A stretch of 63,814 bases of DNA, the filler included, from Octopus bimaculoides (taxonomy: Eukaryota), in NCBI RefSeq assembly GCF_001194135.2. It is 10 parts of 8 records of this genome, joined end to end, with 100 filler letters (N's around TTAATTAATTAA, not from the genome) between each part and the next. Parts side by side here need not be neighbours in the genome. Positions count along the whole stretch, not along the records: positions 5,772 to 17,124 come from NC_068982.1; positions 17,225 to 23,082 come from NC_068989.1; positions 23,183 to 27,494 come from NC_069001.1; 7 more parts are not named here. One strand, 5' to 3'. The position numbers were made by a program, and so were the translations under genes. Below, in pieces: positions 12,027 to 23,645 of the stretch. The notes under the pieces are model-generated. The model ran no database searches. It had not been told where the DNA came from and saw only the letters and a list, made by a program, of their open reading frames with translations. Position 1 is the stretch's first letter, and every line of letters starts with the position of its first letter.

Positions 12027-14070
12027 ATTGTTATACATGCATATGAATAGTCCATTTATTTGTTTGCTTACTATATTCTTTGTATCAAACAATATATACG
12101 ATTTCACCAACAGACGAAATACGCTGCTTTTCAAACCTCATTATGCAGTAGGTGAATTACAGGAAGGCACCTTCGTCAGAACTTCCGACACCTGCCTTCC
12201 TTCTGTATCTACAGTTTTGCATAGCCTATCATCTCTAATATTTCAATTATTATTTTCAAACTGGTAGCCACCCTCCTTTCTGAAATAATGATATTATTTA
12301 GCATCAATCCCAGTGAGGTATATTTTAATAAATTCATATGCATTAGAAACGAACTGTGTAAATATTTTTCCATAATATCCTTTCGAGCTGTATATATATA
12401 TATATATCTTCATCAATCATTTCATATGGCATATGCTTGTGGGTTATAAAAGTATATGCATACCATATTACATAAAGCATTGTACATCAGAATAACTAAC
12501 CTAATTAACACATGAATGTTACTAGATCTATGAATCTTTCGGTTCACTTCTAAACTTCCTACTCGGTAAACTACTGACTTCTGTCGAATAATTCTAATTG
12601 TATTTGCGGAAATTGTGTGACGCATAATTAATAGGATATTCTTAATATGAATAGGATATTTAGATACTATCATTACAAGATAATTCGCATAAACCAAGGG
12701 ATAATTTATAAATCAATGCAATTTGTGTTAAATATACTTCTTAAGAATATGACTTTCGTATGTAACATCAGCAATAATCTACATTAATAGTAAAATTCCT
12801 TCTCTTGTCAGTTTGAAGAAATTTTGCAGTAGATTGGTGTAAGTGTTCTTATAAGCCATAAGTAACGAGAATATGAATTGTCAAGACAGATAAACTAATG
12901 TAAATTCTCTTCTAAACTACGGACAATAGCATATACTCATGATCTCCGAAACAATAGAGCAGAGCTACCATCATATTAATAAGTTAATATACGAAGTAGG
13001 TGACAAAAATCGATACCATCATTTCTCTTTTTCACTCTTCTTGAATAAAAACGTGAACAGGCTGAAATTGTTTCACTGATGAACAATTATTTACCGGGCA
13101 TCATAGAAAATGTTCAAATGTACTGCTTTAGTTTTGCATAATCTGCCAGTTGTGACATTCAATAACACTCGCCAACAATTACTAAACAATTACTCATTAG
13201 GTTTCCTATTGATTTATATCATTGATGCACGAAAATATAAGCGTAGATTACAGCCGATTAAACTAACTTTAGTATTTGGATAGCCTGTTATTTTATTGGC
13301 ACAAGAAGGATGATAGGCAGATTTGACTTTGGAGGGATTTAGATACTAACATAAAACAGATGCGTGCATGAACGCATGTACATACATATACACTTCATAC
13401 AGCCATACATACATATATAAATGTGTGTGTATGTGAGCTTGAATTAACTTAAATCACGCTATTGTCTTTAGAAGAGCATAACTTCAAGACTGCAAAGCTC
13501 GACGATCGTTTTATCAAAACATCCTTAATTCCAACACATTTACAAATGAGTTTGTAAACTGTCGAACTCTCTGGGAAATAATTATGTAGACCCCATAATT
13601 GATGGATGCAATTAAGGCATGAACACTAAAGACTGATTTAGAACATACCTACTCCATCCACAATAATTAAGGTATAAAGGAGGTATATCAATGGCCAACT
13701 TAAGGAAATCAATTTTGATTGAAGAAAAATTCCTATCCATAGACGAATATACGTATATACGTCTGTTTCTGCTTTAATGTGTTTTGGTGTAATGTTAAAG
13801 AGTGCGGATTAAATTGAGGTGAAATAATTGTGCAGTATTGTTTTGTGATGCAAGTATGATCTATTTCGAGGGCGGATAGCACGGGACCCGAGTCTTGAGT
13901 GTATCTTAAAAGTGATGCTAACATCATTTGGGAAATGCTGATAGGATATTTTCTACACCGTACAAATGATGTAGTGCTCACGACAGCGAATATCTGAGCG
14001 TCCAATAACACTATCCATATCACGTCCTCACGTTGTTGTTTTTTTGTTTTTTGTTATTGTTTTTTTTGAA

Positions 14071-14103
<33 letters not shown>

Positions 14104-14158
14104 NNNNNNNNNNNNNNNNNNNNNNNNNNNNNNNNNNNNNNNNNNNNNNNNNTATATA

Positions 14159-14196
<38 letters not shown>

Positions 14197-14649
14197 TAAG
14201 GTACTCAGAAATCTGGATGTTTGTACATTTACAGATTTTTATAAATGTCACATTAAATAAAGCGCTTTTCACTTGGTCGTGCAGGGTCTACAAATTGCTT
14301 TGAGAAAACTTTGCGGAGTGTCTCTTTATATAGTTTTATTGAGTGTGTAGTGGTGGAGAGAGATATATATATAAGATAGTATGAGAGGGTGAGGAAAAGT
14401 GAGAGAGAGAGTGTGTGTGTGTGTGTGAGTTTGTGTTTGTTTGTGTTGGTGTGTGTGTCCGTGTGTGTGCGTGTGTGTGTCGATGGGAAAGAGAAAAGAA
14501 AAAAAATGGGTTCATAGCTGGTTAGTTCTTTTCAATAAGTTATTTTTAGCCTTTTAAAGGAATGTCAAAAGCAGGTGTGATCGTTTTGAAGAAGTTGCTT
14601 TTCAAAAAGAATCTTTGGTGTCATTGTCTAGTAGGAGAATGTGGGTGCG

Positions 14650-14688
<39 letters not shown>

Positions 14689-15749
14689 CTGTGTATTTGA
14701 AAGGTGTGTCAGTGGGAAGGGGAGGGAAGAAGAAGATTCTGTTTACAGTTTACAGTTGGTCAGTTCCTGCTGTGACAAGTTCATGGTATTCTTTGGTATC
14801 ATTGTCCAGTGGCAGANNNNNNNNNNNNNNNNNNNNNNNNNNNNNNNNNNNNNNNNNNNNNNNNNNNNNNNNNNNNNNNNNNNNNNNNNNNNNNNNNNNN
14901 NNNNNNNNNNNNNNNNNNNNNNNNNNNNNNNNNNNNNNNNNNNNNNNNNNNNNNNNNNNNNNNNNNNNNNNNNNNNNNNNNNNNNNNNNNNNNNNNNNNN
15001 NNNNNNNNNNNNNNNNNNNNNNNNNNNNNNNNNNNNNNNNNNNNNNNNNNNNNNNNNNNNNNNNNNNNNNNNNNNNNNNNNNNNNNNNNNNNNNNNNNNN
15101 NNNNNNNNNNNNNNNNNNNNNNNNNNNNNNNNNNNNNNNNNNNNNNNNNNNNNNNNNNNNNNNNNNNNNNNNNNNNNNNNNNNNNNNNNNNNNNNNNNNN
15201 NNNNNNNNNNNNNNNNNNNNNNNNNNNNNNNNNNNNNNNNNNNNNNNNNNNNNNNNNNNNNNNNNNNNNNNNNNNNNNNNNNNNNNNNNNNNNNNNNNNN
15301 NNNNNNNNNNNNNNNNNNNNNNNNNNNNNNNNNNNNNNNNNNNNNNNNNNNNNNNNNNNNNNNNNNNNNNNNNNNNNNNNNNNNNNNNNNNNNNNNNNNN
15401 NNNNNNNNNNNNNNNNNNNNNNNNNNNNNNNNNNNNNNNNNNNNNNNNNNNNNNNNNNNNNNNNNNNNNNNNNNNNNNNNNNNNNNNNNNNNNNNNNNNN
15501 NNNNNNNNNNNNNNNNNNNNNNNNNNNNNNNNNNNNNNNNNNNNNNNNNNNNNNNNNNNNNNNNNNNNNNNNNNNNNNNNNNNNNNNNNNNNNNNNNNNN
15601 NNNNNNNNNNNNNNNNNNNNNNNNNNNNNNNNNNNNNNNNNNNNNNNNNNNNNNNNNNNNNNNNNNNNNNNNNNNNNNNNNNNNNNNNNNNNNNNNNNNN
15701 NNNNNNNNNNNNNNNNNNNNNNNNNNNNNNNNNNNNNNNNNNNNNNNNN

Positions 15750-17000
15750 TGAAATAGGGAACACCTTCGAACACAACTTCAGAGAAGACGTCAAGAAAAG
15801 TGGAAACGCTACCTCGATGACTGTTTCATCTTTTGGAACAGATCAGAAGAAGATCTACGAACATTCCACAACATCCTCAACACACTGCACCCATCTATCC
15901 ACTTCACAATAGATACCAACTACAACGAACTCCCCTTCCTAGACATCAACATCAAGATACACAACTCCATCGTTACAACAGACATCCACTACAAAAACAC
16001 AGACACACACCAATATTTAAATTTCTACTCCTGACACCCATCCCACATAAAGAGAAACATTCCATATAGTATGGCAAGACGCATATGCAGCATAGTGACC
16101 GACTCACAGACACGCCACACAAGACTAGAGGAACTTAAAAACTTCCTACTAGAACAAAAATACCCACTCACCTTAATAGAAAACGGAATCGAAAGAGCAA
16201 CAAAACTGGACATTACACAACTCAGAACACCAAAAAAGAAAAACAAAGAAAACAACATCACTTTCATTAACACACACAACCCTAAAATCACCGACATGTT
16301 TCACATTATACACTCAAACCTACCAATAATTCAACAAAGCCCCAAAATGGAAAACCTACTAAACAAACATTGCATAAAAAACAGTAAAAGCCAAGAAAAA
16401 AACTTGAAAAAACACCTCACAAGAGCGAAATTCTCAGCAGAGAATAAAACCGAATTCTACGTAAAAGAGTGTGGAGATGGTAGATGTGGAACCTGCAGCA
16501 ATCCCATCTAGAAAATATATAGAAGGGAACAAACAGATAAAATTTAAGAGTGGTCACACATTCAATTTAAATGCAGACATGAACTGCAAGACGCAGAATG
16601 TAATATACTGCATAACCTGCCCCACATGCAAGGAGAATTATATAGGTGAAACTGGAAATTCCTTATGTCAACGAGCCAGAATTCACCGACAACATGTCCG
16701 ACAGGAAGAACTATGGAATATTCCACTGAGTGAACACCTAGGAACATGTGGGGAAGGAAAAATTAAGATCTTTCCCTTCTAGAAATGCTCAAGAAACGAT
16801 ACCTCCTTCAGGAAAAATATGGAGAAATACTTGATAGCAAAATTGTCACCAAAACTGAATGGCTGAAACATGCAGATCACAACCCATCTAGGATCTTCAA
16901 CTTTGGAACAACAGACCCCCTAAAAAAACGGCAAGAAACCCAAATAGTGGGACATTTTTGTACCAACAAGAATTGAACCCAGTTACCTAGGTTCTCATAT
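15750..17000 (+). pseudogene. Penelope-like element relic (RT plus C-terminal GIY-YIG endonuclease; Neptune-type linker)
   Basis: KWKRYLDDCFIFW (15798-15836), ELPFLDI, YKNTDTHQYLNFYS*HP, Cys linker KECGDGRCGTC, GIY-YIG NVIYCITCPTCKENYIGETGNSLCQRARIHRQH (~16600-16700); contains stops and a frameshift. Confidence 0.92.
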
Positions 17001-17390
17001 TTCTCTCCTAACTTTTTTTCAAATAACCAGCTGTATAGATATAATGACAATTCCTTCCTTCCCTTTTACACCCCTTTCAGACACACACGCACACACGCAC
17101 ACACACCCACACACACCCACACACNNNNNNNNNNNNNNNNNNNNNNNNNNNNNNNNNNNNNNNNNNNNTTAATTAATTAANNNNNNNNNNNNNNNNNNNN
17201 NNNNNNNNNNNNNNNNNNNNNNNNGAGTAAGAGTGAGAGAGGGGGGAGTACGGGAGAGGGGGGAGGGGGGAGAGAGGGGGGAGTACGAGAGAAGAGAGTG
17301 AGAGAGAGTAAGAGAGAGGAGAGAAAGAGGAGTGAAAGAGTAAGAGTGTAAGAGTGTAGAGAGTAAGAGAGGGGGGAGTACGAGAGAAGA

Positions 17391-17505
17391 GAGCAGTGTG
17401 AAATAAAGTGTCCTGCTCAAGGGCACAACGCGTCGCCGGGAATTGAACTCACGACCTTACGATCGTGAGCCGAACGCCCTAACCACTAAGCCTCATGCCT
17501 TCACC
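17391..17505 (-). mobile_element. family B-like SINE head and core
   Basis: GTGAAATAAAGTGTCCTGCTCAAGGGCACAAC...GGGAATTGAACTC...CCCTAACCACTAAGCC (A and B boxes on the minus strand). Confidence 0.8.
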
Positions 17506-17556
17506 ACATATATATATATATATATATATAAATAAGCAACAGGATATCAAGAAGTG

Positions 17557-17644
17557 ATGCAGTACGACCGTTTCACGCGGCTCCATTTAATTGAGCAATG
17601 CAATCATTACATCAATTTAAATGCTGTGCTATCATCAGCTGCAC
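17557..17644 (-). ncRNA. type I hammerhead ribozyme, long stem II
   Basis: GUGCAG-CUGAUGA-(~57 nt stem II)-GAAAC-GGUC-GUA-CUGCAU: stem I 6 bp, stem III ACG/CGU, cleavage triplet GUA. Confidence 0.75.
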
Positions 17645-18022
17645 AAATAAATAGAATTTTAACCAGTTGGACACATTAATATAATTTTTCTCAAATACTC
17701 AGATGTCCTACCCTACTGATCATATTATGTATACTTGTAATGGCTTTTATGTAAGTAAGTCTCCTAATTATATACTCCCTAGAAACTATAAAATCACATA
17801 TATAATAGCACCTGTAACATTACAACTTATAAAATCTCTTCGGTCTGAATACCTCTAACTGCCCTCACAACGCTCATACCTACTATCTCTTCTTTTCGGG
17901 TTATCTTTATCTCTTTCCTACCTCAAATTTTAATACCCTGTCTCTTTAAATGTAGGTTATGTATATTTCTTATAATTTTCTATAAATTCTTATTATTTCT
18001 TTTTCTTACTTTGATATCCTTA

Positions 18023-18310
18023 CCTATTAACTTCTTATCCCTTATAAGTTGTTATTGTTCATAAATAGAGATTTTTCAGCTACTTAGGTTTATGCAAGAG
18101 GGTTATACTATATCCATATAAACGTATAAATATTTGTATATGTGTATATATGCATATATGTGCATAACCTATTAACCTCTTATCCCTTATAAATTGTTAT
18201 TTTTCTTGTTCGTAAATAGATTCTTTCCAGTTACTTAAGTCTATGCAAGAGGGTTATACTCTATCCATATAAACGTATAAATATTTGTGATGTGTATGTG
18301 TGTATGTGTG
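18023..18310. repeat. two-copy ~145 bp tandem duplication
   Basis: CCTATTAAC(T/C)TCTTATCCCTTATAA...TATGCAAGAGGGTTATACT(A/C)TATCCATATAAACGTATAAATATTTGT starts at 18023 and 18168. Confidence 0.9.
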
Positions 18311-19117
18311 CATATATATAAATATGTGTATCTGTACACATCTTTATTTTTTCTGATTCTTGGCTTATAATTAATATATGGATAGCATGTTATATTTATC
18401 TTTCTAGCATTCCATAAGTAAATGCCCTGAGCAGTCTTTATAGAAACCACCTAACAAGTAATTAATTAAGTACATGAATGAATATTAAACTGATTCTAAG
18501 TAATCTTTCCTTTTTAATGTTGATAATTGATATCCATACACATTTTTACCTATTTTGGTTATGATATCCTTTTTGATAATCTTAAATCTTATTTTTTATA
18601 CAACATAACAATATTGTTTATAAACAATCACCCATAGTATCCCAAGATAAAACTTCCTCTGTATTAACATCCCAGGTTTTATTAGCGTCTTGCCCCTTTA
18701 ACTGGTAATTAACATCATGATTTAGAGTCTTCTACCCAGTCTCATTTTACAGGCAGTTACTCTATATCCAATTGACTGCTCCTAATATCTTCTTCCCTCC
18801 CTACAGAAATGGGATACATATGACAATATTTACGACCATACACAGCCATGAGCTGTCAACTCACTCTTGCCCTTCATTCTAAACAGACACTGTTCTTTAG
18901 TCTTAGATTTTCTAGTTAAAAAAAAGACAAATAAATTAGAAATGAACCACAATCCTTCACAAGTTATGACCTCAGTGGGCTTCATGCCATTCTTGGAAGT
19001 GTCGTCTATTCTTAGATACAATAGCGACAACATGAATTTCTTCCATCTTCTTGCTCTGTTAAAGTATTTGAGTAAAATTATATTAACGTGTCCAGCTGGT
19101 TAAAATTCTATTTATTT

Positions 19118-19203
19118 GTGCAGATGATGATAGATCTGCATTTAAATTGATGTAATGATTGCATCGTTCAACTAAGGAGCCGCTTGAAACGGTCGTACTG
19201 CAT
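19118..19203 (+). ncRNA. type I hammerhead ribozyme copy with core mutation (C3 to A)
   Basis: GUGCAG-AUGAUGA-...-GAAAC-GGUC-GUA-CUGCAU; paralogue of 17557-17644. Confidence 0.65.
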
Positions 19204-19318
19204 CACTTCTTGATATCCTTGTCGCTTATTTTGATTTTATTCACGTTACTTCGAGCTGTGCGGATAATATCGGACTGACTTGGTGCTTCAACTTAAGTAC
19301 CTAATTCAACTGAATCTC

Positions 19319-19355
<37 letters not shown>

Positions 19356-19664
19356 CTCACATATAAATTATAAAATATTTAAAATAAAATGAAGTGAAAT
19401 AAAGTAAAGATCAATGGAAAATAAGTGAAAAATAACTGAAAAATAAATAAATTCATTACGATTGATAGGTGAGTGAGAAAAGCTAAAAAAGCGGGAAGTG
19501 TAGAGAAGGTAGTTTAAGGGAGGGAAGGGGATGGAGAGAGTGTAGTGTGATGGTCAGTATTTTAATTCAATTCGTGAAGATGACAAATGGAGTTGGATCA
19601 GTGGAAGTGAGTTATGACCCTATTCTAAATTGGTAACACCTAGAAGATAAATGAAAAGATAAGC

Positions 19665-20045
19665 AAAATGAAAGGCAAAGTCGACCTCGGCGGAATTTGA
19701 ACTCAGAAAGTGAAGACAGATGAAATACCACAAGGCATTTCGCCCGGCATGCTAACATTTCTTATTTCTTTATTACCCACAAGGGCTAAACATAGAGGAG
19801 AAAAACAAGGACAGACATAGAGGAGAAAAACAAGGACAGACATAGAGGAGAAAAACAAGGACAGACATAGAGGAGAAAAACAAGGACAGACCTCCAATGC
19901 GTAACTGGTACTTAATTTATCGACCCTGAAAGGATGAAAGGCAAAGTCGACCTCGGCGGAATTTGAACTCAGAACGTAAAGACAAACGAAATGCCGCTAA
20001 GCATTTCGCCCGGCGTGCTAGCGTTTCTGCCAGCTCGCCGCCTTA
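19665..20045 (-). mobile_element. family A SINE head-to-tail dimer with an internal 25 bp x4 repeat
   Basis: Full head TAAGGCGGCGAGCTGGCAGAAACG at 20045; the tail ...AAAGAAATAAGAA joins directly to ATGTTAGCATGCCGGG of a second unit. Confidence 0.9.
19790..19889. repeat. 4 x 25 bp tandem repeat ACATAGAGGAGAAAAACAAGGACAG
   Basis: Four identical units at period 25, read directly. Confidence 0.95.
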
Positions 20046-20355
20046 GATATACCCAATATTATTTTATTTTAATGCTAGTTGTTTCAAATGTGTATATTTA
20101 TTTAGTTTAAGCTTGGCCAGCTTCTGCACAAATAAGTAAATGCCTTTTTTACTGATTTCTATCGGAACGAAAGTTCCGATTTAGTTTACATTGACCGGCG
20201 AACAGTTGCGTTGTTATTGGGGACGGATTTTATATCCTCAGCAACCACTGGACATTCCTGTTTCGAGTCCTCCAACTTATAGAGTCCGTTACTTTGTTTC
20301 CATAGTGTTTAAGTGAGTGAGATCATAACATTCTCTCCAGTTAATTGCAGGGTTA

Positions 20356-20503
20356 GTCATTTACAGCTGAGTAAACTGGGGCAACGTGAAATGAAGTGTC
20401 TTGTCCAAGAACACAACATACCATCCAGCCCAGATATCGAAACCACGATCTTGCGATCGTTGATAGGTTGAATGAAATCATAACCACTAGGGTGCGCATC
20501 TTC
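20356..20503 (-). mobile_element. family B SINE, partial
   Basis: CAGCTGAGTAAACTGGGGCAACGTGAAATGAAGTGTCTTGTCCAAGAACACAAC...TCGAAACCACGATC...AACCACTAG. Confidence 0.8.
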
Positions 20504-20565
20504 ACGAAAATGAATCAGGAGAATGGCAGAGTAAGCACACACACACACACACATACACATCTATA

Positions 20566-20774
20566 CGAGGGGGCGTTGAAAAGTTCCTGGCTTTAAGGGT
20601 ACCGCGAAAGGCCTGGTTGAAAGCTCAACCTTTTGAGTTCTTTTACGGGGCTTCTGAAGGACTGTGGCAATAAGTGTGTGAATCTGAGAGGGGAATATGT
20701 TGAATAAAATCATAATTAACTGATCCTCTGGTATTTTTATTTACCCAAATCCAGGAACTTTTCAGCACTCCCTC

Positions 20775-20775
<1 letters not shown>
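20566..20775. mobile_element. mariner-derived MITE
   Basis: TIRs CGAGGGGGCGTTGAAAAGTTCCTGG / CCAGGAACTTTTCAGCACTCCCTCG with TA on both sides (20564-65, 20776-77). Confidence 0.9.
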
Positions 20776-20809
<34 letters not shown>

Positions 20810-21604
20810 CGTTTACTTTCCTTTTATGTATTATATATGTGTATGTGTGTATGTTAGTGTGTATTACCTGTTCTCTCTTGTTGGAGTTTTAAGAAGCGTC
20901 GTCATAATACGAATTTTTTGGTTACGTCCATTAATATTTTGATTTGAGTTCAATCCTGACTCAGAACAATAAAGCACAATCATATTATTATCTCCTCATC
21001 GACAAATCTGTCATTCTTTAATAATATCAGAAATAATTTTTATTACATTTTACAACCATCCTTAATTAATTAGGACCAAGAGTGCTTGAGTAGCATTATA
21101 GAGCCCCAGGCAAATCAATGCATTGGGCCCTATAGCATTTCGTCATGGCATACATAGATAAGTATTGACGGTAGAACTCGTGAGGCCCCCAGGCAATTTC
21201 CTTTAGACGGCATTGGTCAGGGCTATCGTCTCGTCGAAGACGTGGCCTTTGGATACACATTTCTCATCTTACTCATAAATCTTCGCGTATTTTTTTTTTC
21301 TTCTGAAACTTCGTTTGAGCCGAGTCAAAGAAGGAGGCTTCACGCTTTGTACGGTGGTTTGACCCGCTAGAAATAAAGACCAAATCATCCTCTTATCATC
21401 ACACCTTTTTTTTTTAATGACACATTGGACAATATAATTCTTGGTATGCAAAAGGCGGGATAGTCATTGCTGGAACACCTTTGCTTATAAGTCAGTTGAA
21501 TGAGGCTTGATTCTGTGTTAAACACTAATAATTTNNNNNNNNNNAAAAAAAGTGTTTATTTTTCTGTTCTACGCCATTATAAAAAATATTGTTGATAAAA
21601 TAAG

Positions 21605-21640
21605 TAAAAGACGAGAGAGAGAGGGGGGTAGAGAAAGAGG

Positions 21641-21704
<64 letters not shown>

Positions 21705-22125
21705 AAGAAGGAGAAAGTGAGACAGAGAGCGAGAAAGAAAGAGGAATGAAAAGAGGGAGGTACAGGGAGGGAGAAGTAGTGAAAAGAGAGAGAGAGTGAG
21801 AGAGAAAGAGAGAGAGCGAGAAAGAGACAGAAAGCGAGAGAGGGAGAGTGGGAGAGAAAGGGAGAGATGGAGAGAAAAGGAGAGAAAGGAAGAGATGGAG
21901 AGAAAGGGAGAAAGGGAGAGATGGAGAGGGAGAGGGGGTAGAAACGGAGAGGGAGGGGAAACAGAGAGAAAAAGAGAGATAGAAAAGAGAAAGATAGCAT
22001 GAAATAGAAAATAGAAAGAAAAGAAAGAGAGAAAGAGAAAGAGAAAGACAAAGAGGAATGGAAAGAGGGAGGGAAAGCGAAATAGATTAGATGAGAGATG
22101 GAAAAAGCGAAAGAAAAACAGAACG

Positions 22126-22187
<62 letters not shown>

Positions 22188-22207
22188 AAGGGAGAGTGAA
22201 ATAAATA

Positions 22208-22239
<32 letters not shown>

Positions 22240-22245
22240 GGGACA
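21605..22245. repeat. long polypurine (GA)n/(GAAA)n tract
   Basis: ~640 bp almost exclusively A/G on the + strand. Confidence 0.95.
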
Positions 22246-23280
22246 GAGAACATGTTGGCCACAATCGAGCGAGGTGATGTGTTTGATGTTTTGAAGAAAC
22301 AGGAATAGAGAGAGAGTGAAAAAAAAAGACCTTACTGTTCCTTTCACTACCGCAAGAGGTGTGAAGAGAGCAGGGTTCTTTTTTGTACAACGAAAGAATA
22401 TATTGAATAAAAGAAAGACCAGCTTTTCACACGACAGACTGTATAAGAGAAAAATGGATGGCGGCAGACGACACATGTTGTAAGTGGTACAAACAGACGA
22501 CGTACGCTGTTGTATTGGAACACAACCACGACAAATCTGCATAGAATGATGGAGGCAAAGTTTTAAAAAAATAAACACGAGGAAAATAAAACAGAAGGAA
22601 ATGGAAAACAAAAACAAGAAAAATAGAAAGAAGAGAGAGAAGAAGGGGAGGAAGATGAAGAAGGAGAAGAGGATGAAAGAGGAGAGGAAGATGGAGCAAA
22701 GAAGGAGATGAAGAAGGGGAGGAGTATGAGGAACAATAATAATAGCGAAAGCAAACAAAGAGGAAAAAAATAGTGGGAATGGATGGAAGAGAAGACGTAT
22801 ATTTTTTGGATAGACAGCAGTAAATAAATGGCAGAGAGAGGGGGGGCGGGAGAAAGAGACAGAAAGTGAGATGGTGAGGGAGAGAGAAAGGGAGGCAGAG
22901 TGGGAGAGAGAGGGGGGAGAGAGAGAGAGAGGGGGGGGGAGAGAGAGCTGTGAAAAATGTGTTTTAGCTTCTACACAATAATTCAAGATCGGTGATTAAG
23001 GAAAAATGTCCTAGTTTCGCGTCAAAGGCAAATCTATCAGATTGGAAATCAAGTGCAGATGTAAAGCTCCACAATGAGGCCTNNNNNNNNNNNNNNNNNN
23101 NNNNNNNNNNNNNNNNNNNNNNNNNNTTAATTAATTAANNNNNNNNNNNNNNNNNNNNNNNNNNNNNNNNNNNNNNNNNNNNTATATATATGTGTGTGTG
23201 TATGTATGTATATACATACACACACACACACACGTCACGTACGTTTGAGTTTAGAAACAAGAGCAAAAAATACTTTATAA

Positions 23281-23492
23281 ACTGGCGGAATCGTTAGCAC
23301 GCCGGGCAAAATGCTTAGCGGTATTTCGTCTCTCTTTACGTTCTGAGTTCAAATTCTGCCGAGGTCAATTTTGACTTTCATCCTTTAGGGTGGGAGATGA
23401 TAACATAAGTACCAGTTGATCACTGCGGTCGATGTAATCGACTTACTTCCTCCCCGAAATTGCTGGCCTTGTGCCAAATTTTGAAATCAATA
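23281..23492 (+). mobile_element. family A SINE
   Basis: CTGGCGGAATCGTTAGCACGCCGGGC...GAGTTCAAATTC...TTGCTGGCCTTGTGCCAAATTTTGAAA. Confidence 0.9.
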
Positions 23493-23614
23493 TGATATAT
23501 ATATATATATATATGTTTGTGTGTATGTCTGTTTATATATCTATCTGTCTCTCTGTCTGTCTCCATATCTATCTTTTTATCTATGTATTACAATTTTATT
23601 TATTTATATATTTC

Positions 23615-23645
23615 TTTTTGACTGATTTGTTTCTTGTCTTTGCAG
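23615..23645 (+). promoter_or_regulatory. 3' splice acceptor
   Basis: Pyrimidine tract TTTCTTTTTGACTGATTTGTTTCTTGTCTTTGCAG with a CTGAT branch-like motif, immediately before the open frame. Confidence 0.75.

Larger units (their letters stand above)
17531..19321. mobile_element. non-coding Penelope-like element with inverted hammerhead-bearing terminal repeats (17531-17699 and 19063-19231), flanked by (TA)n
   Basis: ~170 bp inverted repeats read directly; each contains a hammerhead core; (TA)n on both sides; internal ~145 bp tandem duplication. PLE assignment is inferred from the hammerhead and inverted pLTR-like architecture. Confidence 0.7.

Noticed and set aside
16032-16034. In-frame TGA at the conserved Cys of the PLE 'SCHP' motif, suggesting selenocysteine recoding as in some Naiad PLEs
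   Set aside because: The same ORF has a frameshift (~16500) and a TAG (~16780), and the endonuclease is C-terminal, not Naiad-type. Simple decay is more parsimonious. A family consensus with TGA would revive the idea.
21525-22986. Long S/L/F-rich and E/R-rich ORFs (245-299 aa)
   Set aside because: Translation of (GA)n/(TC)n tracts; no coding signal.
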